DNA from: an uncultured Verrucomicrobiota bacterium
Lineage (GTDB): Bacteria > Verrucomicrobiota > Verrucomicrobiia > Limisphaerales > UBA9464
Assembly (NCBI GenBank): GCA_964525755.1
Contig: CAZGIK010000021.1
Location: 10,088 to 74,087, forward strand
Reading direction: 5' to 3'
DNA: 64,000 bases
Below the pieces are notes generated by a model that did no database searches, was not told where the DNA came from, and worked only from the letters and a program-made list of their open reading frames with translations. The first letter of the stretch is position 1, and each line of letters starts with the position of its first letter. Both the position numbers and the translations under genes were made by a program. Below are positions 44,683 to 53,798 of the stretch, piece by piece.

Positions 44683-45858
44683 ATGCCAGCCCCCGAGACA
44701 CCGATCCTCGACTACCAACCCCGGACCCGACTGATCTTCGGTCCGGGTGAACTCGCCCGTCTCGGGGATCTGGCGGCCGGCCTGGGGGGACATCGGGTGC
44801 TGCTCGTCACCGATGCCGGCATCGTGGCGGCCGGCCATGCGGCGCGGGCCGTCGCGGGGCTCCGGGAGGCGGGCCTGGATGTGACCGTGTTCGACCGGGT
44901 CCGGGAGAACCCGACCACGGCCGACGTCGACGCCTGCCTGGCGGTGGCGCGGGAGGCCGGGGTGGACCTGCTGGTGGGGCTGGGCGGGGGGAGTTCGATG
45001 GACACCGCCAAGGGCACCAATTTCCTCCTGACCAACGGCGGGGAGATGCGGGACTACTGGGGGGTGGGGAAGGCGACGCGTCCGATGCTGCCGCTGATCG
45101 CCGTGCCCACCACGGCCGGCACCGGCAGCGAGTGCCAGTGTGCGGCGTTGATCGCCGACGAGTCGACCCACCAGAAGATGGCGTGCCTGGATCCGAAGGC
45201 GGCGGCCCGGGTGGCCCTGCTGGATCCGGAGCTGACCGTCTCCATGCCGCCGAGGGTGACGGCGGTGACCGGCATCGATGCCGTGGCCCATGCGGTGGAG
45301 ACCGCGGTGACCCGGCGCCGGAACCCCCTCTCCACGCTGTTCTCCCGGGAGGCGTTCCGGCTGTGCATGGGGGCCCTGCCCGGGGTGTTGCGGCGTCCGG
45401 ACGACCTCGGGGCCCGGGGGCGGATGCTCCTTGGGGCGGCGTTCGCCGGGACGGCGATCGAGAACTCCATGCTCGGGGCGGCCCACTCGGCGGCCAATCC
45501 GCTCACCGCCCACCACGGCGTGGTGCACGGGGCGGCGGTGGGCCTGATGCTGCCGGCGGTGGTGCGGTTCAACGCCGCCGATCCGGGCGCCCGGACGCAG
45601 TATGCCGACCTCGCCCGCGCCGGCGGCCTCGCGGGGAGTCATCGGTCCGACACCGCGGCCTGCGACGCGCTGGAGTCGGCCCTGCGGGAACTCCTCGCCG
45701 TGGCCGGCCTGCCGGCCACCCTGGCCGATGCCGGGGTGCCATCGGCCGACATCGACCGCCTCGCCGCCGGGGCGGCGGCCCAGTGGACCGCGCAGTTCAA
45801 TCCCCGGACCGTCGGGGAGGCGGAGTTCCGGGAGTTGTACCGGTCGGTGGCCGGCTGA
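44683..45858 (+). CDS. Iron-containing (group III) alcohol dehydrogenase
   Basis: GLGGGSSMDTAKG, IAVPTTAGTGSE, and VTGIDAVAHAVE plus the HxxxH region (HSAANPLTAHHGVVHG). Confidence 0.9.
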   Translation: MPAPETPILDYQPRTRLIFGPGELARLGDLAAGLGGHRVLLVTDAGIVAAGHAARAVAGLREAGLDVTVFDRVRENPTTADVDACLAVAREAGVDLLVGLGGGSSMDTAKGTNFLLTNGGEMRDYWGVGKATRPMLPLIAVPTTAGTGSECQCAALIADESTHQKMACLDPKAAARVALLDPELTVSMPPRVTAVTGIDAVAHAVETAVTRRRNPLSTLFSREAFRLCMGALPGVLRRPDDLGARGRMLLGAAFAGTAIENSMLGAAHSAANPLTAHHGVVHGAAVGLMLPAVVRFNAADPGARTQYADLARAGGLAGSHRSDTAACDALESALRELLAVAGLPATLADAGVPSADIDRLAAGAAAQWTAQFNPRTVGEAEFRELYRSVAG

Positions 45859-45894
45859 GCCGCAGGGAGACGGCTGAGGGCTTGAGCCGGGCCG

Positions 45895-46569
45895 GTGGCC
45901 GCTGTTGAGTGGGCGGACATGGATGTGATCGAGCCGGTCTCCCTTCCCCCGCCGCCGCCCCCGCCGGAGCAGCCGTCGGTGGAGGAGTGCCTGATCCTGC
46001 GGCCCGACGTGGTCCGCCGATTCGACTTCGCCGCGATCTTCCCCTCGGCCGGGCCGGTCGAGCTGGAGCTCGGCGCCGGCGACGGTTCCTTCATCCTCGC
46101 CCATGCGGAGCGGCATCCCGACCGGAACCTCCTCGCGGTCGAACGGCTCCTGGGGCGCCTCCGGAAGATCGACCGCAAGGGACGCCGCGCGGGACTGCGC
46201 AACCTGCGCGCCCTCCGGCTTGAGGCGGGCTATGTCCTCCACTGGATGGTTCCGCCGGGATCCCTGTCGGCACTGCACGTCTACTTCCCCGACCCATGGC
46301 CCAAGCGCCGCCATTGGAAACGGCGGCTGGTGGGCCCGGAGTTCGTCACCGATGCCGCCCGGGCCCTGGCGCCGGGAGGCTGCCTGCACCTGCGCACGGA
46401 TCATCCGGGGTATTCCGAATGGATGGAGGAGGTGCTCGTCCCGCGGGACGAGTTCCGTCGGGTCGATCCGCCGGCCGACCTGCTCGCGGTGAAGACCGAC
46501 TTCGAGGCCGGATTCAACGCCGAGGGGATCCCGACGCGGGCGTCCTCCTGGGAGAGGAGGCCTGAGTGA
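45895..46569 (+). CDS. trmB: tRNA (guanine46-N7)-methyltransferase
   Basis: VELELGAGDGSFILAHAERHPDRNLLAVE and VYFPDPWPKRRHWKRRL are canonical TrmB motifs. Track start GTG 45895. ATG 45919 (MDVIEP) is an alternative. Confidence 0.88.
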   Translation: MAAVEWADMDVIEPVSLPPPPPPPEQPSVEECLILRPDVVRRFDFAAIFPSAGPVELELGAGDGSFILAHAERHPDRNLLAVERLLGRLRKIDRKGRRAGLRNLRALRLEAGYVLHWMVPPGSLSALHVYFPDPWPKRRHWKRRLVGPEFVTDAARALAPGGCLHLRTDHPGYSEWMEEVLVPRDEFRRVDPPADLLAVKTDFEAGFNAEGIPTRASSWERRPE

Positions 46570-48023
46570 AGGGCGGGCGGTCGGGCCTGTGGGCGGCATG
46601 CCTCGCGGTCCTGATGGGCGTCGTGACGCTCCGGGCGGACGAGTCCGGTCCGCTGTCGGCCGACCAGTTGGCGGCGCTCGAGGGAGTCGCGCGCGACCGG
46701 TTTGCCATCCGGTGGACGGAACTGGGGACCAACGGACTGTCGGCCCTGCACACGCGGGCGGCCGCCTATGAGGAGGCCCTGCGGGAGCGTCACCTGCCGC
46801 ACGGGCTCCTCGTCAGCCTGCGCCACGAGGCGCCCGGGTCGGACACGGTGGTGGCGCTCCGGGATCTGGACCTGGCCTCCGGTTGGACCGGCTTCCTCCT
46901 CGCCTCGACCGCCTACCGGTTCTCCGTCACCCGCGACCCGACGGCCCTGGCCGACGTCCGTCGGGTCCTCGACGGCGTGGAGCGGCTGCTCGAGGTGTCG
47001 GGCCGACCGGGATTCGTCGCCGCGTACGCCGGTCCCGCCGCGGACCCCGCCTACCGGGCCGCCTACGCGGTGTATGGCGGTCCCGATCCGGACCGTCCCG
47101 GGATGGGTCGCCTGGCCTTCCGTGGGGAGGGTGGGGGTGCGGACACGGTGTGGCTGGCGGGGGCCGATGCCCGGAACCTGGCCGGGCTCAACTTCGGCCT
47201 GGCCATGGCCTATTGGCGGGTCCGGGAGCCGGTGATCCGCGGTCGGATCAGCAACGCGGTCGTCCGGGTCGTCGGACGGCTGGAGTCCGACGGCTGGCGG
47301 ATCCGCGACGGCCGGACACCGGACGCCTTCGTCGGGACGATCCTCTCCGCCGCCGTGCTCCGGACCGCGGCCACGGTGGATTTCCGACGGTACAACGCCG
47401 CGTACGAGGTGCAGGCCCGTCGGGTGCAGGAACTGGATCCCCCCGTGGCGCCCCCGTATGGCGACCTGCGGGACACGGCATTCACCGTGGGGAGTCTGCT
47501 GGCGTTGTCGGGTCTCGAGACCAACACCACGCGTCGACTGGTGTACCAGCAGCACCTGAAGGAGCTGTGGCGGTCGGCCAGTTCCCAGCTCAACCCGTGG
47601 TATGCCGCGGCCTATGTGAACGGTTTCGACGAGCCCCCGCGCGACGTGGTGGCCCGGGCGACCCTGCAGGGGGTGCTGGCCCAGTTCCCCGATCCGCCCC
47701 GGGTCTCGCCCCCGGTCGATCTCCTTTCGGATCCCGCCCGCGGACGGGTCGAGGCCAACGGCGCGACCTGGCTGGCGCTCCCCGCCCAGCTCCCCGACCG
47801 CCCCGCACGGGCATTCCAGTGGGCCTGGTCGGCCTGCATCCCCGCGGGCGGCGACGGGGCGGCGGTGACCCATCCCGGGGTGGATTTCCTGCTGCCGTTC
47901 TGGATGGGACGCGATGCCGGGCTGATTCCGAGTCCCGATGCGATGCCGGCGGTGCTCGGGGATCTTCGCGACCGGTTCCGGCGCTCGGCCCCGAGGGAAC
48001 GCCCGACCCGGACGGAGCGTTGA
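46566..48023 (+). CDS. Secreted hypothetical protein (485 aa)
   Basis: GTG start overlapping the trmB stop (GTGA). Signal peptide MKGGRSGLWAACLAVLMGVVTLRA. GC3-rich codon usage is consistent with coding. I recognise no motif. Confidence 0.6.
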   Translation: MKGGRSGLWAACLAVLMGVVTLRADESGPLSADQLAALEGVARDRFAIRWTELGTNGLSALHTRAAAYEEALRERHLPHGLLVSLRHEAPGSDTVVALRDLDLASGWTGFLLASTAYRFSVTRDPTALADVRRVLDGVERLLEVSGRPGFVAAYAGPAADPAYRAAYAVYGGPDPDRPGMGRLAFRGEGGGADTVWLAGADARNLAGLNFGLAMAYWRVREPVIRGRISNAVVRVVGRLESDGWRIRDGRTPDAFVGTILSAAVLRTAATVDFRRYNAAYEVQARRVQELDPPVAPPYGDLRDTAFTVGSLLALSGLETNTTRRLVYQQHLKELWRSASSQLNPWYAAAYVNGFDEPPRDVVARATLQGVLAQFPDPPRVSPPVDLLSDPARGRVEANGATWLALPAQLPDRPARAFQWAWSACIPAGGDGAAVTHPGVDFLLPFWMGRDAGLIPSPDAMPAVLGDLRDRFRRSAPRERPTRTER

Positions 48024-48068
48024 GCCGAAGACAGGACCCCGCGGATTTTCCCGCCCGGCCGCAACGAT

Positions 48069-50471
48069 TCAGGGCGGCGGCGGGCGGCGGGTGCCCGTGG
48101 AGAGGGCGATCCCGTCGGGTCCGATCGCCAGGGACACCGCACCGCAGAGGTCGGTGAAGAGCGGGGCCTCGGGGCGTTGGGCGAGGCGCTGGCGCTGGTC
48201 GCGGCTGCCCCGGGCGGACGCCGGGTAGTCGCCGGTGGCCACCACCACCCGGCGGGCGCCGATCCGGCCGAGGAGATCGTCCGGCAGCACCTGACCGTCG
48301 GATGGCACGGCCGCCACCACGACATCCGCCCGGAGGTCCGCTTCCCGTTCCATGAGGCGCTTCTGGCCGCCCCGACCGAGGGCCGAGAGCAGCAGGATCC
48401 GGTGCCCGGCGAACTCGCGACGGAGGACCACGGCGTTGTCGTCCGACCGGGTGAAGCGGTCGGACGGATCGGGGTGCAGCACGGTCCATCCACACCACTC
48501 CATTCCCCGGGCGAGGGCCGTGGGCGGGTGTCCGTTGGTGGTGAGGCCGGCCACGTGCCGGCGGAACGCCGGGCCGCGCAGGCGGGCGTCGGGCACGGCG
48601 GTTCGGTCGGCCGGCAGGGCCCGGAGGAGTTCGCCAACGCCCCCCACGAAGCGTTGTTCGCCGTGGGTGACCGCGTGGGCGGGAATGCGGTTCCAACCCT
48701 CGCCACGGAGGTACGGCAGGGTGATGAACTCCACCGTGCCGGCGCTTCCCCCGTCGAGGACCAACCGGTCGGCACCCATGGGTCCGGCCGCCACCAGCGC
48801 GCCGCCCCCGGGCAGCACGGTGAGGTGGAGGCGGGGATCGGGACGGAGGGATCGGGCCGTGAGTCCGGTGGCGGCGAGGACCAGGGCGGCGGTGCCGACG
48901 AGGAGCCATCGGCGCGGGATGCGTCGGGAGGCGAGTGCGAGTCCGATTGCGGTGTAGTACACGGCCCACCAGCCGGCATCCGGTGCCGCCACCCACCAGG
49001 CGCCGCCGGGCAGCGCGGCGAGGCGTTCCACCACGGCCAGCTGGCAGCGGACCCAGAACCACGCGCTGGCGGTGCACCCGGGGACCAGCGGCGGGGCGAG
49101 GATGCCGGCGGCGAGGGCGGCGACACCGGCGGTGAGGGCGAGTCCGGCGAGGGGAACAACGGCCACATTGGCCAGCAGGGCCACCGGGTTGAGGAGGTGG
49201 AAGTGGTGGAGGGCGAGGGGCAGGGCGGCCACCCAGGCCGCGACCGCCGTGGCCACGTTGGCTCCCAGCGCCCGGACCGGGCCCGCCAGCCACCGGTGCC
49301 ACCGGGGACGGAGTTCGTCGGGGACCAGGGGATCGGGTCGGAAACCCTGCAGCAGGCCGGCCTGGATCGGCGGGATGAGCAGGGCGAGGCCGGTGACGAC
49401 CAGGAAGGAGAACTGGAAGCCGATGTGGAACAGTTGGCCCGGGTCCCACGCCAGGAGCAGGGCGGCGGCGAGGGCGAGGGAGTTGAGGAGGTCCGGCGGA
49501 CGCGCCAGGAGCCAGCCCCCGGTGACCACCGAGGCCATGACCGCCGCGCGGACCGCCGACGGGGTCCATCCGGTCGTCGCCACGAACGCCCAGACCAGCG
49601 GCAGGGCCACGAGGCCGCACCCGGCCCGCGGCACGCGGGCCACCCGGAGAGCCTGCACCAGCAGGGCGGCGATCAGAGCCAGGTGGAGGCCGCTGATGGC
49701 GAACAGATGCAGGGTGCCGGTCCGCATGAACGGTTCCTCCAGTTCCTCGGTCAACGCCGTCCGCCAGCCGAGCAGCATCCCGCGGATCAACCGCGCCGCC
49801 TCGTCGTCGGGCAACCCCCGGGCGAGCACCTCGTGGGCGCCCCGGCGCCAGCGCTCGAGCAGCGGGGGACGCTCCGGGGCCGGACCGGGCAGGAACCAGT
49901 CCGCGGGTCCGTCGGCGACCACCTGCCGATGGACCCCGCGCACGGCGAGGTGGCGCCGGTAGTCGAACAGGCCGGGAGCCCGGGCTTCCGGCGGCGGGCG
50001 CAGCACGCCGTCCACCCGCACCCGTCGCCCCCGCCAGAGACCGTCGTCGGGCGGACCGGGCGAGCTGATCATCACCCGGCCCCGGACCGGCTGCCGGACG
50101 CCGTCGGCCGGAATCCACGCCACCGCCCGGGCGAGGACCGTCAGCCGGCCGCCCGAACGGTCCCGCGCGTGGGCCGGCCGGACCCGCGGGGGTTCGAGGA
50201 GGACGGCCTCGATCTGGCCGATCACCGGTTCGGCCGGGGTGAGGTGGCGCAGGTCGGCCGGATTCAGCGGTGCCTGCCAGAGGGTGTGGTGGAGAAGTCC
50301 GGAGGCGAGGCACAGGAACCACAGGGCGGGGGTTCGGAGCCGGGGAACGGCGAGCAGGGCCGCCGCGGCGGCAATGCCGGCGACCGCCGCCGGGATGGAT
50401 ACCGGCCAGCGGTCGGACACCAGGATGCCCACGGCGAGGGCGAGCACCGGGGGAACGAGGGGCTGGCGCAT
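48069..50471 (-). CDS. comEC: DNA internalization-related competence protein ComEC/Rec2 (C-terminal metallo-beta-lactamase motifs degenerate)
   Basis: C-terminal 800 aa of track ORF 48069..51086(-), from MRQPLVPPVLALAVGILV. The competence-domain core is TGTLHLFAISGLHLALIA followed by multiple TM helices. The C-terminal MBL-like domain reads VTHGEQRFVGG where the HxHxDH-type motif is expected. Confidence 0.85.
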   Translation of the reverse strand: MRQPLVPPVLALAVGILVSDRWPVSIPAAVAGIAAAAALLAVPRLRTPALWFLCLASGLLHHTLWQAPLNPADLRHLTPAEPVIGQIEAVLLEPPRVRPAHARDRSGGRLTVLARAVAWIPADGVRQPVRGRVMISSPGPPDDGLWRGRRVRVDGVLRPPPEARAPGLFDYRRHLAVRGVHRQVVADGPADWFLPGPAPERPPLLERWRRGAHEVLARGLPDDEAARLIRGMLLGWRTALTEELEEPFMRTGTLHLFAISGLHLALIAALLVQALRVARVPRAGCGLVALPLVWAFVATTGWTPSAVRAAVMASVVTGGWLLARPPDLLNSLALAAALLLAWDPGQLFHIGFQFSFLVVTGLALLIPPIQAGLLQGFRPDPLVPDELRPRWHRWLAGPVRALGANVATAVAAWVAALPLALHHFHLLNPVALLANVAVVPLAGLALTAGVAALAAGILAPPLVPGCTASAWFWVRCQLAVVERLAALPGGAWWVAAPDAGWWAVYYTAIGLALASRRIPRRWLLVGTAALVLAATGLTARSLRPDPRLHLTVLPGGGALVAAGPMGADRLVLDGGSAGTVEFITLPYLRGEGWNRIPAHAVTHGEQRFVGGVGELLRALPADRTAVPDARLRGPAFRRHVAGLTTNGHPPTALARGMEWCGWTVLHPDPSDRFTRSDDNAVVLRREFAGHRILLLSALGRGGQKRLMEREADLRADVVVAAVPSDGQVLPDDLLGRIGARRVVVATGDYPASARGSRDQRQRLAQRPEAPLFTDLCGAVSLAIGPDGIALSTGTRRPPPP

Positions 50472-50518
50472 GGCGGGACCGGCCAATAAGACCGAATCCG
50501 TCCCGGCGGCCAGTCCGC

Positions 50519-50968
50519 CTATCGGCGTCGGCCGGCCATCAGGAGCAAGGCCGTCGCGGCGAGGCCGGCCCCGAGGGCGTCGAAGCCCACGTCCCGGAGC
50601 GCTCCCTCCCGGCCGTCGACGAACGACTGGTGGAACTCGTCGCTGACCGCATAGGTCACCGCCCAGGCCCAGGCGAGGATGGCGCGATGGGTTGGGGTGG
50701 CGGCGATGCCGGGTGGGCGGCCGACGGCCCGCCAGACACCGGCGGTGAGGACGGCGTACTCGGTGAGGTGCCATCCCTTGCGGGCGACGGTCTGGACCAG
50801 GCCCACGAGGGCGTCCGACGCCCCCGGATGCAGCCACAGCACCAGGGGGCGGATGAGTCGCGAGGTCTCGGACGAGGCGAACAGCCCGGTGGAACCCCAG
50901 AAGATCAGGCCGGCCCAGAGGCCGACCGGAAGCCAGGCCCCGAGCCAGGGGCGGAGGAGACGCGTCAC
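50519..50968 (-). CDS. VanZ family membrane protein
   Basis: 149 aa with four helices. GWHLTEYAVLTAG and YAVSDEFHQSFVDGREGALRDV match VanZ-like conserved segments. Confidence 0.7.
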   Translation of the reverse strand: MTRLLRPWLGAWLPVGLWAGLIFWGSTGLFASSETSRLIRPLVLWLHPGASDALVGLVQTVARKGWHLTEYAVLTAGVWRAVGRPPGIAATPTHRAILAWAWAVTYAVSDEFHQSFVDGREGALRDVGFDALGAGLAATALLLMAGRRR

Positions 50969-51001
50969 GCGGCGGATGACAGCACAGCCGGACCCCGGCC
51001 G

Positions 51002-51799
51002 TCAGTCCCGCGTGTTGCCCCGGTCGGGCGCCCAGGTGCCGATCTCCATGTGGGGCTCGTTGTCGTTGTTCCAGCGCCGGCGCCACTCGAGGTTGTTCGG
51101 GTCGACCACCATCTGGCGGATGGCCGATTCGGCATGGCCGTCGGCGAACTGGATGTTCGTCCGCTTGTCATGGCGCTTGGACGGCCACTGGTTCGATTCG
51201 CGGGCGTCGATGTTGCCGTCCCAGTTCGTGTCCGTCCGGCTGTCGGCCAGCATGATCATGTTCGATGGCGAGACCACGTCCGCCTCCTTGACCTCGGGCA
51301 CGGCGCCGATGTCTCCGCCGAGGCCGAGCTGGGGCATCTGGAACGGGTTGCGGAGCCCCCAGTCGTTGTACCCGTAGGTGAAGGCGGCCGGGACGTTGCC
51401 GCCGATGGGGGTGCCGATGAAGTTCATCCCCTTGCGGAGGGTGCGGTTGACGTTGGTGTCCCAGCGCCACTCCGGCTTGCCCGACGGGCACCAGAACGGC
51501 GTCCGGTTGGTCCCCATCTGGCTGAAGAGCCGCAGGGGCCAGAGGTAGGATCCGTAGGTGGGGCTGCCCTGGCGGACGTCGATGGCTCCCGGGTACTTCT
51601 CGTACTCCTGGACGTACATGATGGTCGCCAGGCCCATCTGCTTGCAGTTGTTCAGGCAGGCGATGCCCTTGGCCTTCGCCTTGGCCTTGGCCAGCGCCGG
51701 CAGGAGCATGCCGGCGAGGATCGCGATGATGGCGATCACCACCAGCAGCTCGATCAGGGTGAACGCCGTCGGCCGGCGGCGGGAGGAGGGTCGGTTCAT
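51002..51799 (-). CDS. Prepilin-type N-terminal cleavage/methylation domain protein with H-X9-DG motif (type II secretion pseudopilin-like)
   Basis: [25 protein letters not shown] is the N-methylation domain. [12 protein letters not shown] is an exact H-X9-DG motif near the C-terminus. This family is expanded in Planctomycetes and Verrucomicrobia. Confidence 0.88.
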   Translation of the reverse strand: MNRPSSRRRPTAFTLIELLVVIAIIAILAGMLLPALAKAKAKAKGIACLNNCKQMGLATIMYVQEYEKYPGAIDVRQGSPTYGSYLWPLRLFSQMGTNRTPFWCPSGKPEWRWDTNVNRTLRKGMNFIGTPIGGNVPAAFTYGYNDWGLRNPFQMPQLGLGGDIGAVPEVKEADVVSPSNMIMLADSRTDTNWDGNIDARESNQWPSKRHDKRTNIQFADGHAESAIRQMVVDPNNLEWRRRWNNDNEPHMEIGTWAPDRGNTRD

Positions 51800-51949
51800 G
51801 GGGGCGGACGTCGGTCGTTCGGAAAGGGATCATTGGCAGCAAGACAGGTCGACGCCACCGATGCCATGCCGCTGACCCACGGCGGGCTATCTGAAATGCA
51901 CGGCCGGCGGCGACCTTGCCCGGAGCGGGTCGCCTGTTAGCGTCGGCCC

Positions 51950-53023
51950 GTGACCGGTCATCGTGGATACCTCTGGCGGGCTTGGATCATGGCGGTGCTG
52001 CTGGCGGGTGCGCCGGTGGAGGCGGCCGAGCGGTTCTTCGAGTTCGAGAAGGCCGACGAGGGCGGCGTGCCGCCCGGTTGGCGTTCCCTGCTGGCCGGGG
52101 CGGGACGTGTGCCGGAGTGGAAGATCCTCCTCGAGGACGTTCCGCCGACCTTGCGCCCCCTTTCCGACAAGGCCCCGGTGGTGACCCGGCGCGCGGTCCT
52201 CGCCCAGGTCTCCCGTGATCCGGCCGACGAGCGGTTCCCGCTGCTCGCCTTCGACGGCGAGCGCTACGGCGACTTCACGGCGGCCGTCCGGTTCAAGATC
52301 GTGGACGGCGTGGCCGAGCAGATGGCGGGGATGGTGTTCCGGTTGCAGGACGAGCGGAACTTCTACGTGGTCCGGGCCAGCGCGCTGGGCAACAACGTGC
52401 GGTTCTACAAGTTCGTGGACGGCCAGCGGTCGGCGCCCATCGGACCCGAGGTCCCCGTGGCCCGGGGCGAGTGGCATGAGCTGGAGGTGGCCTGCACCGC
52501 GAACCGCATCCGGGTGCGGTTCAACGGCGCCGAGGTCCTGCCGGAACTCACCGACAACTCGTTCAGTGCGGGCCGGGTCGGGTTCTTCACCAAGTCCGAC
52601 ACCGTGGCGTACTTCGCCGACCTGCGGATGGACTACCGTCCGCTGCAGACCCTGGCCGAGACGCTGCTGCGGGCCACGCTCGAGGACCAGCCGCGGCTGC
52701 TCGACCTGCGGATCTACGGCAGCACGCCCGAGCGGGCGGCGATGCACGTGATGGCGGCCAAGGACCCGGCGGTCGTGGGCGAGGCGGCGGGGGAGGTGGA
52801 GGAGAAGGTCTTCACCGAGGACCGGGCCTACTACTCCCGGAGCCGGTCCGAGGCCGTGGTCACGGCGCCGATCCATGACCGCAACGGCGAGGTGCTGGGT
52901 GTGGCCCGCTTCGTCCTCAAGCCCTATGCCGGCCAGATGGAGAGCGTCACCATCTCCCGCATTCTGCCCATGGTGCGCTCGATGGAACAGGCCGTCGGCG
53001 CCGCCCGGACGCTGGTCGAGTAG
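51950..53023 (+). CDS. Secreted hypothetical protein: LamG/DUF1080-like jelly-roll domain + C-terminal GAF/PAS-like domain
   Basis: GTG start and signal-like MTGHRGYLWRAWIMAVLLAGAPVEA. YGDFTAAVRFKIVDG...GMVFRLQDERNFYVVRA...WHELEVACTANRIRVRFNG fits a concanavalin-like fold. The C-terminal segment VVTAPIHDRNGEVLGVARFVL looks GAF-like. Domain calls are tentative. Confidence 0.55.
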   Translation: MTGHRGYLWRAWIMAVLLAGAPVEAAERFFEFEKADEGGVPPGWRSLLAGAGRVPEWKILLEDVPPTLRPLSDKAPVVTRRAVLAQVSRDPADERFPLLAFDGERYGDFTAAVRFKIVDGVAEQMAGMVFRLQDERNFYVVRASALGNNVRFYKFVDGQRSAPIGPEVPVARGEWHELEVACTANRIRVRFNGAEVLPELTDNSFSAGRVGFFTKSDTVAYFADLRMDYRPLQTLAETLLRATLEDQPRLLDLRIYGSTPERAAMHVMAAKDPAVVGEAAGEVEEKVFTEDRAYYSRSRSEAVVTAPIHDRNGEVLGVARFVLKPYAGQMESVTISRILPMVRSMEQAVGAARTLVE

Positions 53024-53118
53024 CCGCGAACCCGCCTCACGGCCGTCACGGAAAGGTTTCCCGGGACGGGGCCGAATCCTCTCGGCGTCTTGGCAGGCCG
53101 CCTGCTCTTCTCTCAGGC

Positions 53119-53667
53119 ATGAAAGGAGCGGTCTTCTTCGAGCGGGACGGGATTCTCAACCTCTGTGCCGAGGTGGGCGGACACCAGGTGCCTCCCCGCA
53201 GCCTGGACGAGTTCCGGGTCAACCCGGCGGCAGGCCCCCTGATCCGGGAGCTGAAGTCGGCCGGCTTCGTCGTCATCGGCACCACGGTCCAGCCGGGGGT
53301 CGCCCGCGGCGACTTCACCCGGAACGAGATGGACCTCATGCACCGGGTGCTGCGGCACCAGCTGCCGCTGGACGACCTGTTCCACTGCTGTTCCGACGAC
53401 CCCACGCACCCGTGCTACAAGCCCGAGCCGGGGCTCTTCGTGGAGGCGGCGTTCAAGTGGGGGGTGGACCTCGACCGCTCGTTTGTCATCAGTGACAAAT
53501 GGGCCGATGCCCGCGCCGCGCACGTGGTGGGTTGCACCTCGGTGATGGTGGCCTCGCCGTGGGTCGGGGACGACCACCACGACTTCGTGGTTCCCGACCT
53601 CGAGTCGGCGGTCCGGAAGGTCCTGCAGCTGCATGCCGCGCCCCAGGGTGTGGTGGCCCACGGCTGA
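53119..53667 (+). CDS. HAD-IIIA phosphatase-like protein (GmhB/histidinol-phosphatase family) with Glu in place of the nucleophilic Asp
   Basis: MKGAVFFERDGILN versus the family motif FxDRDGT(I/L)N. It is collinear with E. coli GmhB as I recall it (FVVIGTTVQPG vs VVVTNQSG; CYKPEPG vs CRKPHPG; ISDKWADARAA vs VGDKLEDMQAA). Confidence 0.7.
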   Translation: MKGAVFFERDGILNLCAEVGGHQVPPRSLDEFRVNPAAGPLIRELKSAGFVVIGTTVQPGVARGDFTRNEMDLMHRVLRHQLPLDDLFHCCSDDPTHPCYKPEPGLFVEAAFKWGVDLDRSFVISDKWADARAAHVVGCTSVMVASPWVGDDHHDFVVPDLESAVRKVLQLHAAPQGVVAHG

Positions 53668-53778
53668 CAAGATCGGAGGCGAAACACTCCGGGCCGCCGG
53701 AAGGGTCTCCGCCCATTCCGGGTGTGCGAGCTGGTACGGGATCATGGCGGGGAGGAGGCGGCTTGACGCTCCCTGGTT

Positions 53779-53798
53779 ATGCGTTATTTCCATGCGTT
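53779..53798 (+). promoter_or_regulatory. Direct repeat ATGCGTT-N6-ATGCGTT immediately upstream of the antitoxin start (candidate operator)
   Basis: ATGCGTT occurs at 53779-85 and 53792-98. It is preceded by TTGACG (53763-68) in a locally AT-richer stretch. The -10 assignment is weak (TATTTC). Confidence 0.3.
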
